Positions 22,555-32,000 of a stretch of 32,000 bases of DNA are shown piece after piece. How positions within the stretch are numbered: position 1 is the first letter of the stretch; every line of letters starts with the position of its first letter. Where the stretch lies: positions 159,618 to 191,617 of the forward strand of contig NZ_CP026530.1 in assembly GCF_004006315.1 (NCBI RefSeq), given 5' to 3'. Source of the stretch: Nautilia sp. PV-1. Lineage in GTDB: Bacteria; Campylobacterota; Campylobacteria; Campylobacterales; Nautiliaceae. Below the pieces are notes generated by a model. That model was not told the origin of the DNA. It worked only from the letters and a program-made list of their open reading frames with translations, and did not search any database. Position numbers and translations under genes: made by a program.

Positions 22555-22812
22555 ATGTCTTTAATGATTAACGATGAATGCATTGCATGTGATGCTTGTG
22601 TGGACGAATGTCCAAACGGCGCAATTGAGCCTGCAGATCCAATATACGAAATAGACCCGGACCTTTGTACGGAATGTATAGAGCACGGAGGAGAGCCTCA
22701 GTGTGTACAGGTATGTCCTGTAGATGCTATAGTGCCGGATCCGGATAATCAGGAAAGCGCGAAAGAACTGAAATTAAAAGCGGAATTTATTCATAAAGAC
22801 GAAGAAGAGTAA
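22555..22812 (+). CDS. 2[4Fe-4S] ferredoxin (YfhL-like)
   Basis: MSLMINDECIACDACVDECPNGAIEPADPIYEIDPDLCTECIEHGGEPQCVQVCPVDAIVPDPDN; SD AAAGGAG supports ATG 22555, not the ORF-track start at 22477. Confidence 0.93.
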   Translation: MSLMINDECIACDACVDECPNGAIEPADPIYEIDPDLCTECIEHGGEPQCVQVCPVDAIVPDPDNQESAKELKLKAEFIHKDEEE

Positions 22813-24278
22813 TGGCTAAAATTACGGCTGTAATAGATATAGGTTCTAACTCGGCCAGAATGGCTGTGTTTAAAAAAACCAGCCGTTTTGGATTTTATCT
22901 TCTAAGGGAAGAGAAATCCAAAGTAAGAATCAGCGAAGGCGCATATGAAAACGGAGGGAATCTTCAGGATTTTGCAATTGAAAGAGCCATAAAAGCTTTA
23001 AAAGAATTTCTTTTAATTGCAAAGTCTTTAAAGGTCAGAAAAATTTTAGCCGTAGCCACCTCGGCCGTAAGGGATGCTCCTAATAAGAGCGAATTTTTAG
23101 CAAGGGTCAGAAAAGAACTCGGTATAAATATAAAAGTGATAGACGGCGATAAAGAAGCGTTTTTTGGAGGAGTCGCCGCAGCAAACCTCTTATATGAAAA
23201 AAACGGAGTCACCATAGATATAGGCGGAGGTTCAACTGAACTTGCCTTAATTAAGAAAAAGCAGATTCAACAGACTATTTCGCTGAAACTCGGAACGGTA
23301 AGGCTTAAAGAGCTTTATTTTGACAAAGGCGATATAGAAGGCGCCAAAAAGCATGTAAGAAAAGAGATAAAAAGACTTGATGAGGCGTTTAAACAGAATA
23401 AAGTTTTCGGAATAGGCGGTACTATAAGGGCGCTTTCTCAGGTAATAATGAAAAGAATAGAATATCCGCTGGATATACTGCACGGATTCACCTACGACAC
23501 CAAAGAACATATCAAATTTTTAAAGTCTCTTATTAAAATGAAAGATGAAGAACTTCTTAAAATAGGAGTAAAGCCCGAAAGGCTTGACGTTATAAGACCC
23601 GGAGTGCTTATTTTCACGGAGCTACTGGACTTTTTAGAGGCCAAGCAGGTTATTACAAGCGGTGTGGGTGTGAGAGAGGGTGTTTTTTTAACGGATCTGC
23701 TCAGACACGACAACTACAAGTTTCCGGAGAATTTTAATCCCTCGGTCAGAACAATTATTGACGTTTATCAAATAAATACGAAACTTTCTTCATATGAAAC
23801 GAAAATAGCTTTGGAACTGTTCGATTTATTAAAAGACGAATTTGAACTTGATGAGAAATATAAGCTTCATTTAACCTATGCCATTAAGCTTTCACGTGCC
23901 GGCGAGCTTATAGATTTTTATGAAGCGCATAAGCATACCGATTATATACTTTTAAACTCTCTTCATTACGGTTTCAGGCATTGTGACAGGCTTCTAATGT
24001 CAAAAATAATCCGCTTTTATAAAAGAAAAAAAATAAAAAAAAGAGAAATTGAAAAATATAAATGTCTGCTTCCTCAAAAGAATATTATTGAAAAACTCTG
24101 TAATATTTTCTGGGTTGCTAAACTTGTAAATATTAATCTGTCAATGCCGGAAGTGACTATCAAAAAAGAAAAAAACTGCATAATAATAGAAGGTGAAAAT
24201 TTATATCTTGCAAAAGAAAGAAGCAAAACAAGAGAACTGTTTTTCGAACTTATAATAAAAGAAAAAGGCATAGAATGA
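22812..24278 (+). CDS. ppx: Exopolyphosphatase / Ppx-GppA family phosphatase
   Basis: AVIDIGSNSARMAVF, AVATSAVRDAPNKSEF, GVTIDIGGGSTELALI, GIGGTIRALSQ; C-terminal HD-like extension. Confidence 0.93.
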   Translation: MAKITAVIDIGSNSARMAVFKKTSRFGFYLLREEKSKVRISEGAYENGGNLQDFAIERAIKALKEFLLIAKSLKVRKILAVATSAVRDAPNKSEFLARVRKELGINIKVIDGDKEAFFGGVAAANLLYEKNGVTIDIGGGSTELALIKKKQIQQTISLKLGTVRLKELYFDKGDIEGAKKHVRKEIKRLDEAFKQNKVFGIGGTIRALSQVIMKRIEYPLDILHGFTYDTKEHIKFLKSLIKMKDEELLKIGVKPERLDVIRPGVLIFTELLDFLEAKQVITSGVGVREGVFLTDLLRHDNYKFPENFNPSVRTIIDVYQINTKLSSYETKIALELFDLLKDEFELDEKYKLHLTYAIKLSRAGELIDFYEAHKHTDYILLNSLHYGFRHCDRLLMSKIIRFYKRKKIKKREIEKYKCLLPQKNIIEKLCNIFWVAKLVNINLSMPEVTIKKEKNCIIIEGENLYLAKERSKTRELFFELIIKEKGIE

Positions 24279-24748
24279 AAAAAACGCTTTATTTGATCCC
24301 TTTGGCTTTTTTAGGATGCAGCGTTTCTGATACTACGGTTAAGGTTAAGGAATTTACCAAATGTTACGTGCATCAGATGCCGGCTCCTTTTTGGGTGTGT
24401 TATCAATCTTCGTTTTTGAGTGTGGGAAAAGTTCATTCCGAAAAGCTTAACCGTTTAAAGCAGGAAGAAGCTTATTCCCTGGGTGTTAGCGAGCTTATAT
24501 CCAAGCTTCAGAGTAAAACGAAGCTTTTTTTAAGAAAACTCGGAATAGAAGATAAAAAAATAGATTCGGATATAAAAGATTATGTTATTTTAAACGCTCT
24601 TCAGGGCGATACCTGGTACAATAAAAAAGAGCAGATGATATATGTGCAGGTTAAAATAGATAAAGAAGGGTTTAAAAAATTTCTTTTTAACAGATATAAA
24701 AAAATAGATAAGAAAGTTTTACAAAGCGCATTTGATGAAACCTTTTGA
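24275..24748 (+). CDS. Lipoprotein, LPP20-like
   Basis: Lipobox LAFLGCS; 157 aa with an Epsilonproteobacteria LPP20-like layout. Confidence 0.65.
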   Translation: MKKTLYLIPLAFLGCSVSDTTVKVKEFTKCYVHQMPAPFWVCYQSSFLSVGKVHSEKLNRLKQEEAYSLGVSELISKLQSKTKLFLRKLGIEDKKIDSDIKDYVILNALQGDTWYNKKEQMIYVQVKIDKEGFKKFLFNRYKKIDKKVLQSAFDETF

Positions 24749-25844
24749 TTTTATAATAATCGGAGGAGGTATTGCCGGACTTTTAAGCGCGTATGAGCTT
24801 AGGGATTATAATACTCTTTTAATAGATGAAAACGGAATACTGACTTCCGGAGCAAGTGCGGCTGCGGGAGCGTTTTTGTTTCCTAAAGTCGGATTTGACA
24901 CCGCATATACAAGATTTATAAACCAGGCGATTGTTGATTCTCTAAAATTTTATGAAAAAGAAGGTATAGATACGCATAAAATTGGCGTAACAATTCTGCC
25001 AAGAGATGAGAGGGATATAGAAAAATTTAAACAGTATGAAAAAGATATTAGGCTTCCATATGAAAAAAGATACGGAGGATTTTTCTTTAAAGAAGGTGGG
25101 GTGGTTTTCCCTGAAGAGGTAAGAGAAAAAATTAAAGTAGATTTTGAAATCAAAAAAATTGACAAACTGGAAAAAGAAGGCGGTTTTTGGAAAGTAGGAG
25201 GATATACTGCCAAAAATGTAATTCTGGCAACCGGGCATAAAACGGTAATAGATATCCCTTATATAAATATTCGTCCTATCTGGGGAGAAAGAATAGAAGG
25301 AAGAGGAGAATTTAGAATTGAGAATGAAGATGGAATAAAAGAAGATTTTCTGCCTTGCCATTTTCATAAAAACTGTTCGTTAACCGAAGTCGGAGGAATT
25401 ATCAAAATAGGTGCGACTCATAAACGAAACTGTCCGGAATGCAAAGAGAATGAAGAAGAAGCTTATGAGCTGATAAACAAGGCAAAAGAGATAGTTGATA
25501 TTAAAAATTTTGAAATATCAAAAATTATAGGGGGATTTAGGGCTGCTAGTGTTGATTATTTTCCTGTGGTTGGTAAAATTATAGATGTAGATAAAACTAT
25601 GGAATCAAACCCTAAAATAGTTAAAGGAGAGGTTCCAAAGTTTATTAGTTATTTAGAAGGCCTTTATATTATCAACGGTATGGGCGGCAGAGGTTTTTCT
25701 AACGCATATTACTGTGCCAAAGCTTTAAAAGAGCATATTGTCGGAAATAAAGATTTGGGTATTTTAGATACAAAAAGAGTTTTTATAAAATGGGCCAGAA
25801 AAAAAGGCGAAGAGTACTTAAAGGAGAAAAATGTTAAAAGTTAA
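24735..25844 (+). CDS. FAD-dependent oxidoreductase, MnmC C-domain/DadA-like
   Basis: IIIGGGIAGLLSAYELRDY dinucleotide-binding motif, GASAAAGAFLFPKV, IIGGFRAASVDYFPVVGKI, GLYIINGMGGRGFSNAYYCAKALKEHI. Confidence 0.8.
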   Translation: MKPFDFIIIGGGIAGLLSAYELRDYNTLLIDENGILTSGASAAAGAFLFPKVGFDTAYTRFINQAIVDSLKFYEKEGIDTHKIGVTILPRDERDIEKFKQYEKDIRLPYEKRYGGFFFKEGGVVFPEEVREKIKVDFEIKKIDKLEKEGGFWKVGGYTAKNVILATGHKTVIDIPYINIRPIWGERIEGRGEFRIENEDGIKEDFLPCHFHKNCSLTEVGGIIKIGATHKRNCPECKENEEEAYELINKAKEIVDIKNFEISKIIGGFRAASVDYFPVVGKIIDVDKTMESNPKIVKGEVPKFISYLEGLYIINGMGGRGFSNAYYCAKALKEHIVGNKDLGILDTKRVFIKWARKKGEEYLKEKNVKS

Positions 25845-26598
25845 AAACGTAACGAAGCAGTTTGGTGGAGTCGTGGCGATTAAAGATGTTAATTTTGAAG
25901 TCAAGCAGGGAGAAATATTTGCACTCGTAGGTCCTAACGGTGCCGGTAAAACCACTCTTTTTAATATCATCACAGGGGCGTTTGAACCTACCAGCGGACA
26001 TGTTTATTTTAAAGATGAAGAAATTACCGGGCTTAGTCCTGTAAAAATCGTGGAAAAAGGTATTGCCAGAACATTCCAGAATATCAGACTTTTTAATTCA
26101 ATGACTGTACTTGAAAATGTTTTAATCGGATTTCACAATCATATTGAGTATACGTTTTTCGAAGCTGTTTTCAGACTGCCTAGATTTTTCTCTCAGGAAA
26201 AAGTTCATAAAGAACTTGCAATGGAAATTTTGAAATTTTTGAAAATTGACAAATATGCAAATCACAACGCAAAAGCACTGAGTTACGGTAACCAGAGAAA
26301 AGTGGAAATTGCAAGGGCTTTGGCGACCGAGCCTGATTTACTGCTTTTAGACGAACCGGCAGCCGGTATGAACCCTAAAGAAACGGACGAACTTGCTGAT
26401 ACCGTATTCAGACTTAGAAGCGAAAAAGAAAAAACAATTCTTTTTATCGAACATGATATGAAATTCGTTCAGAAGATTGCAGACAGGGTAATGGTTCTTG
26501 ATTACGGTAAAACAATTTTCGAAGGAAAACCTGCCGATATGATGAAGGATGAGACGGTAATAAAAGCTTATTTAGGAGATATCGATGTTGAAGGTTAA
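25831..26598 (+). CDS. livG: Branched-chain amino acid-type ABC transporter ATP-binding protein LivG
   Basis: GPNGAGKTTLFNIITG, GIARTFQNIRLF, LSYGNQRKVEIARALA, LLLDEPAAGMNP. Confidence 0.93.
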   Translation: MLKVKNVTKQFGGVVAIKDVNFEVKQGEIFALVGPNGAGKTTLFNIITGAFEPTSGHVYFKDEEITGLSPVKIVEKGIARTFQNIRLFNSMTVLENVLIGFHNHIEYTFFEAVFRLPRFFSQEKVHKELAMEILKFLKIDKYANHNAKALSYGNQRKVEIARALATEPDLLLLDEPAAGMNPKETDELADTVFRLRSEKEKTILFIEHDMKFVQKIADRVMVLDYGKTIFEGKPADMMKDETVIKAYLGDIDVEG

Positions 26599-27283
26599 AA
26601 ATTTAAAGGTAAAATACGGTGTTATTGAGGCGGTTAGAGGAATTGACTTTAATGTAAAAGCGGGTGAAATTGTCACTATTATCGGAGCTAACGGAGCGGG
26701 TAAAACTTCTACACTTAGTGCTATTTTCAACCTGGTTAAAAAAGAGGGTGAAGTAAGGTTTGTAGAAGGCGATATATCTAAACTTTCAACTGACAAAATA
26801 GTTAAACACGGAATGGCTTTGGTTCCTGAAGGAAGAAAGATTTTTATTAACTTAACCGTTGAAGAAAATCTTAAAATCGGAGCATATACGAATGAAGAAA
26901 ATTACGAAACTCTAAAAGAGGAAATGTTTAGACTTTTTCCAAGACTTAAACAAAAAAGAAACAACTACGGAGGAAGCCTGAGCGGTGGTGAGCAGCAGAT
27001 GCTGGCAATTGCAAGGGCTTTGATGAGTGAACCTAAAATGCTGGTACTTGACGAGCCGTCCCTTGGTCTAGCGCCTATAATCGTAAAAGATTTATTCGGG
27101 ATTTTAGTGGATTTAAACAAAAACGACGACGTTACAATTCTTTTAGTAGAGCAAAACGCTGCGGCTGCTCTTAAAATTGCCGATAGAGCGTATGTTATGG
27201 AAAACGGTTCTCTTGTTATGGAAGATGAGGCAAAAGCCCTTCTTGCAAGTGACGAAATTAAGAAGAAATACCTCGGAGGTTAA
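26585..27283 (+). CDS. livF: Branched-chain amino acid-type ABC transporter ATP-binding protein LivF
   Basis: GANGAGKTSTLSAIF, VPEGRKIFINLTVEENL, LSGGEQQMLAIARALM, LDEPSLGLAPIIV, LVEQNAAAAL. Confidence 0.94.
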   Translation: MLKVKNLKVKYGVIEAVRGIDFNVKAGEIVTIIGANGAGKTSTLSAIFNLVKKEGEVRFVEGDISKLSTDKIVKHGMALVPEGRKIFINLTVEENLKIGAYTNEENYETLKEEMFRLFPRLKQKRNNYGGSLSGGEQQMLAIARALMSEPKMLVLDEPSLGLAPIIVKDLFGILVDLNKNDDVTILLVEQNAAAALKIADRAYVMENGSLVMEDEAKALLASDEIKKKYLGG

Positions 27284-28161
27284 TTTCTGTTTAAAATCTC
27301 TCCGATTTTTTCTCTCATCCATTTACCCATTTTCATGTTATGATAAGCCCAGCTTAAATACTGCATATCTATTTCGGCTACATCTTCTATTTTCATGCCT
27401 TTATATTTGCCGACTCCGAATTTAAACTCCATAGGTTCATCCAGGTTTTCAAGGTGATGTTCTATTGAATATCTCACATCCGGGTCAAGATCCGTGAGGC
27501 TCAGCATATATTCTATATAATCCGGATCGTTTATAAGAACGTCTTTTATTTTTTCAAATTTATATTTGCCCTGATAGAATTTATCGTGAAGAACCGGCCT
27601 TGTAGTCAAATCGGCAAGCTCTTCAAAGCTTTTATCGAAGTTTTTTACCAGATATTCAAACAAAAGACCTAAAACTATTACATCTCCGAGTGCGTCGTGT
27701 GCGTTAATCTGGATATTGTATTTTTCGCATATCTCTTTTTCTTTTTTATAAAGTCCCAGTGCGTATCTGTTATACTGAAGTGAAAACTTGCCTTCCGGAA
27801 TTAAATGTTTCAGAACCCTAAATGTGTCTACAAGTTTGAAAAACGAGTTAAAACCTTCTTTTTTAAGCATATCAAGGTCAAATTTGGCATTGTGTATTAC
27901 AAGCAGGTTTTCGGGTGAATTAAGCTCTTTTAATCTTTTATATGCATCGGTGTGTTTTATTAAAGGCTTGTCTTCGACCATTTCGTTCGTAATGTGATGA
28001 ACGGCCATTGCCTCAAAGCTGATTGGAAGAGGAGGCTTTACAAGCTCGTCGTGTATTTCTTCGATTTCAAGGTTTTCGTTTAAAACCAGATAGCTTAACT
28101 GTATTATTCTGTCTTCTTCTTTGTTTCCTGTTGTTTCGGTGTCAAGTATTATTATTTTCAT
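27280..28161 (-). CDS. DnaQ/ExoX-like 3'-5' exonuclease with C-terminal DUF3820-like (KYKGMKIEDVA) motif
   Basis: IILDTETTG (DEDD ExoI), VIHNAKFDLDML (ExoII), NAHDALGDVIVLGLL (ExoIII). Confidence 0.88.
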   Translation of the reverse strand: MKIIILDTETTGNKEEDRIIQLSYLVLNENLEIEEIHDELVKPPLPISFEAMAVHHITNEMVEDKPLIKHTDAYKRLKELNSPENLLVIHNAKFDLDMLKKEGFNSFFKLVDTFRVLKHLIPEGKFSLQYNRYALGLYKKEKEICEKYNIQINAHDALGDVIVLGLLFEYLVKNFDKSFEELADLTTRPVLHDKFYQGKYKFEKIKDVLINDPDYIEYMLSLTDLDPDVRYSIEHHLENLDEPMEFKFGVGKYKGMKIEDVAEIDMQYLSWAYHNMKMGKWMREKIGEILNRN

Positions 28162-28804
28162 CTATTTCCTTAATAAGTGGTATTTTTATTATGTATCCGT
28201 CGTCTTTGTTTAAAATCTCGAAATAAGGAGATTTTATTGTTTTATGTGGTTTGGTTTTTATGCCGATTTCTATAATCTGATATTTTTTATCGTTGATTTT
28301 AATATATTCGCCGACGTTTATTTTTGTTGAAATTATAGCTTCTTTTTGGTTTTCAAGCATATCGAAAATTATATCTAAAAGAGCCTTTTTATGTACAAGA
28401 ATCGTAGGTATCGAAGGGTCGAACATGGTTGTAATGGTTATGTTTTGTTTAAGAGTGGAATATTCTATTGCAAAATTTAAAAGCATGGAAAGGTCTATTT
28501 CTTCTAATTCTGTTAATTCTATTGAATGGGTGTTTGTGTTTATAAAAAATCTTATTCCGACGTTGGTATCGTCTTTATAGCCTATACTGTAGCCGTTAAA
28601 TTCGAAATCTTTGAATTTAACGTGTTTAAACTCCGTTTTTATTCCTGGATTAGCGGGAGCGTTGTTTATCACAAATTCGTAAACTTCTTTTTTATTGACG
28701 TACGACAGAAAAATTTCCGCTTCCTGGTTGCAGTATTGTATATGTCCTTTTTCGTTGAATATAATAAGCGGATTTATATCGTATTCACACCAGAATTCAA
28801 ACAT
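28142..28804 (-). CDS. PAS-domain protein with degenerate histidine-kinase-like ATPase region (NtrB-like)
   Basis: N-terminal PAS-like (IIFNEKGHIQYCNQEAEIFL); EEIDLSMLLNFAIEYSTLKQNITITTMFDPSIPTILVHKKALLDIIFDMLENQKEAI resembles the start of HATPase_c; no H-box and no DxGxG. Confidence 0.65.
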   Translation of the reverse strand: MFEFWCEYDINPLIIFNEKGHIQYCNQEAEIFLSYVNKKEVYEFVINNAPANPGIKTEFKHVKFKDFEFNGYSIGYKDDTNVGIRFFINTNTHSIELTELEEIDLSMLLNFAIEYSTLKQNITITTMFDPSIPTILVHKKALLDIIFDMLENQKEAIISTKINVGEYIKINDKKYQIIEIGIKTKPHKTIKSPYFEILNKDDGYIIKIPLIKEIDENNNT

Positions 28805-29477
28805 TTAAAGCCTTCATTTTTTTTGTTAAGGTAACTCGGTTTATTTTAAGATGGTTTGCTATTTGAAGTTTGCTTTTATATTTGGTCTTTGCCGCTTTAA
28901 AAAGGGCTTTTTCAAAATTGTTCAGTTCTTCTTCATAAGTGAAGTCTTCATTTATGTTTTCAAAATAATCAGTTAAAATTTTATAAACATCCTGTTTGTT
29001 TTCAGGCAGAAGGAATTTTGAAAAGATCTGTCTTTTTAAAGAATTCAGGTTTTCGCTTATATCCGGATGTTCAATGTGAATGTTTTTGCTGATTTTTAAC
29101 TCTTCTTTTGCCTGCTGTTTAAATAAGTCTATAAAATCGTAAATATCTTCCGGGTGTTCTTTTAGAGGTTTTAATTCTATGTCCATAGTGAAATATTTTT
29201 TTAAAATTTCTTTGTTTAAAGGCTGTGTTCCGGTGGCTATTAAAAAGTTGTTTTTAAATTCAAGTACCGGATTTTTATCGAAATCTTCCAAGATAACTGG
29301 GTTTATTGTGGGGGTTTTGGGATTTATTACGGCATTAGGCGCTATATATTTGGCGAGAAAGGTTTTGCCGACTCCCTTTTCACCCCATATATAGACGTTT
29401 ATTTTGAGCTGTTTACACATATCGGCGATGTTTTTTATTTTTTTTAAATATTCCGAAGTTGCTAAAAACATAAGCAC
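28797..29477 (-). CDS. Compact NtrC/sigma54-activator-like AAA+ protein with C-terminal Fis-like HTH
   Basis: IWGEKGVGKTFLAKYI (Walker A), NPVILEDFD (Walker B-like), FLIATGT...LKPLKEHPEDIYDFI (RFDLxPLRERxEDI-like), LQIANHLKINRVTLTKKMKAL (Fis-like HTH). Confidence 0.75.
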   Translation of the reverse strand: MLMFLATSEYLKKIKNIADMCKQLKINVYIWGEKGVGKTFLAKYIAPNAVINPKTPTINPVILEDFDKNPVLEFKNNFLIATGTQPLNKEILKKYFTMDIELKPLKEHPEDIYDFIDLFKQQAKEELKISKNIHIEHPDISENLNSLKRQIFSKFLLPENKQDVYKILTDYFENINEDFTYEEELNNFEKALFKAAKTKYKSKLQIANHLKINRVTLTKKMKALNV

Positions 29478-29496
29478 CTTTTTGCTTATGATTATA

Positions 29497-30333
29497 TCAA
29501 ATATTTTTGTTTGTTTTTATGAAAAAAGTAAGTGTGGCAATCATTAAAGATATGCCGGCAAACAGCCAAAAAGCATTCGACATTAATGATATGTTTTTTA
29601 ACGATATTTTAAATACCAGCATTAACGCTTCTATTGAAAGCGCTATAAGAATTGAAATAATAAATTTTACAAACGTTTTCTTTTCTATATTTTCGTCTTT
29701 TTTAAAGCTTTTAAAAAACACCTCCTGTTCGAGCAGCGTTTTTGAAAGGTCGAATATTGCAATTGCAATTGTGATGTAAATTATCGGTTTGAAAAAAGAC
29801 ATAATTGAAAGTTCTCCGTATTTGAATATTTCGTATACCGAATATGCCAGTATTGAAAATGATAAAAACATCATAAAAAATCCGCTCAGGGCGTAAAACA
29901 GCTTGGTTGTGGAATCAAATACGGTATGGGTTTCCAGAAGTTTTAGCCTTTCAAGCAGCGTTTTTAAATTAAAATCCAAAAAAAGCGTTTTTTCATTTTG
30001 AGGAATCGCTAAAGTAATGCATATATTTCCTGTGGCGGAGCTTTTATAAGGCGTACTCATTAAAGAGTTTTTGAAATCTATTTTTTTAAACAGATATTGT
30101 CTTGATTTTCCTTTTTCGTTTCCGTCTTCTTTGTTTCTGTAATAATTAGGAGAAATTTGTGTTTTTGACTCATTGTCTACCACATATATCAGTTCTAAAG
30201 ATTTAAAATATTCAAATAGATGTTTCAAATTATGTTCTGAAAGAAGATTTGATGTGGTATTTAAAATGGTGTCTTTTAAAAATGATTCTATAAAAAATCT
30301 GTTTTGTTCGTATATTTCAAGCAGTTCATTCAC
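29497..30333 (-). CDS. Membrane protein with N-terminal sensor-like (PDC/Cache-like) domain and about four C-terminal TM helices
   Basis: LELIYVVDNESKTQISPNYY...SSATGNICITLAIP then hydrophobic segments between about residue 165 and the C-terminus. Confidence 0.65.
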   Translation of the reverse strand: MNELLEIYEQNRFFIESFLKDTILNTTSNLLSEHNLKHLFEYFKSLELIYVVDNESKTQISPNYYRNKEDGNEKGKSRQYLFKKIDFKNSLMSTPYKSSATGNICITLAIPQNEKTLFLDFNLKTLLERLKLLETHTVFDSTTKLFYALSGFFMMFLSFSILAYSVYEIFKYGELSIMSFFKPIIYITIAIAIFDLSKTLLEQEVFFKSFKKDENIEKKTFVKFIISILIALSIEALMLVFKISLKNISLMSNAFWLFAGISLMIATLTFFIKTNKNI

Positions 30334-30419
30334 TGTAAGCCTTTTTTTGGTGATTTATAAAGCTGAATGTGAAATATTGAATTTAAAAAGGAAGTAAAAG
30401 AAAGAACTCTTTTACTTGA

Positions 30420-32000
<1,581 letters not shown>

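Overview
This AT-rich window looks like a chromosomal segment from a Campylobacterota (epsilonproteobacterial, probably Nautiliales-like) genome. That placement is inferred from gene content and protein sequence style, not from a database search. Left part: 3' portion of rpoC, then rpsL, rpsG and fusA. Middle: a CorA-type transporter, modD, several small conserved genes, an L-cysteine desulfidase-like gene, and a molybdate (or tungstate) locus with modA, a TOBE-only protein, modB, modC and a second modA/modB pair. A minus-strand nadA-nadC-antitoxin-toxin-phoH-like run follows. Then come plsY, a FolB-like gene, an OmpR-type response regulator, a ferredoxin, ppx, a lipoprotein, an MnmC/DadA-like FAD enzyme and livG-livF. 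The right part has a DnaQ-type exonuclease, a degenerate NtrB-like/NtrC-like pair, a membrane sensor, amtB and the 3' portion of glnK. The most notable signals are: (1) three 24-bp palindromes of ModE-operator type, CG[C/T]TATAT-N8-ATATAACG-like, directly upstream of modD, modA and the second modA, while the only ModE-like protein visible is a tandem TOBE protein with no helix-turn-helix; (2) a second ModA/ModB pair without its own ATPase; (3) a PhoH-like ATPase whose N-terminal (PIN) part appears replaced by a RelE/ParE-type TA pair, with a strong SD next to a non-canonical ATT codon and 10-bp direct repeats at the junction; (4) a minimal pair near amtB resembling NtrB without an H-box and NtrC without a receiver or GAFTGA. 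No CRISPR array, tRNA, rRNA or transposase was recognised.
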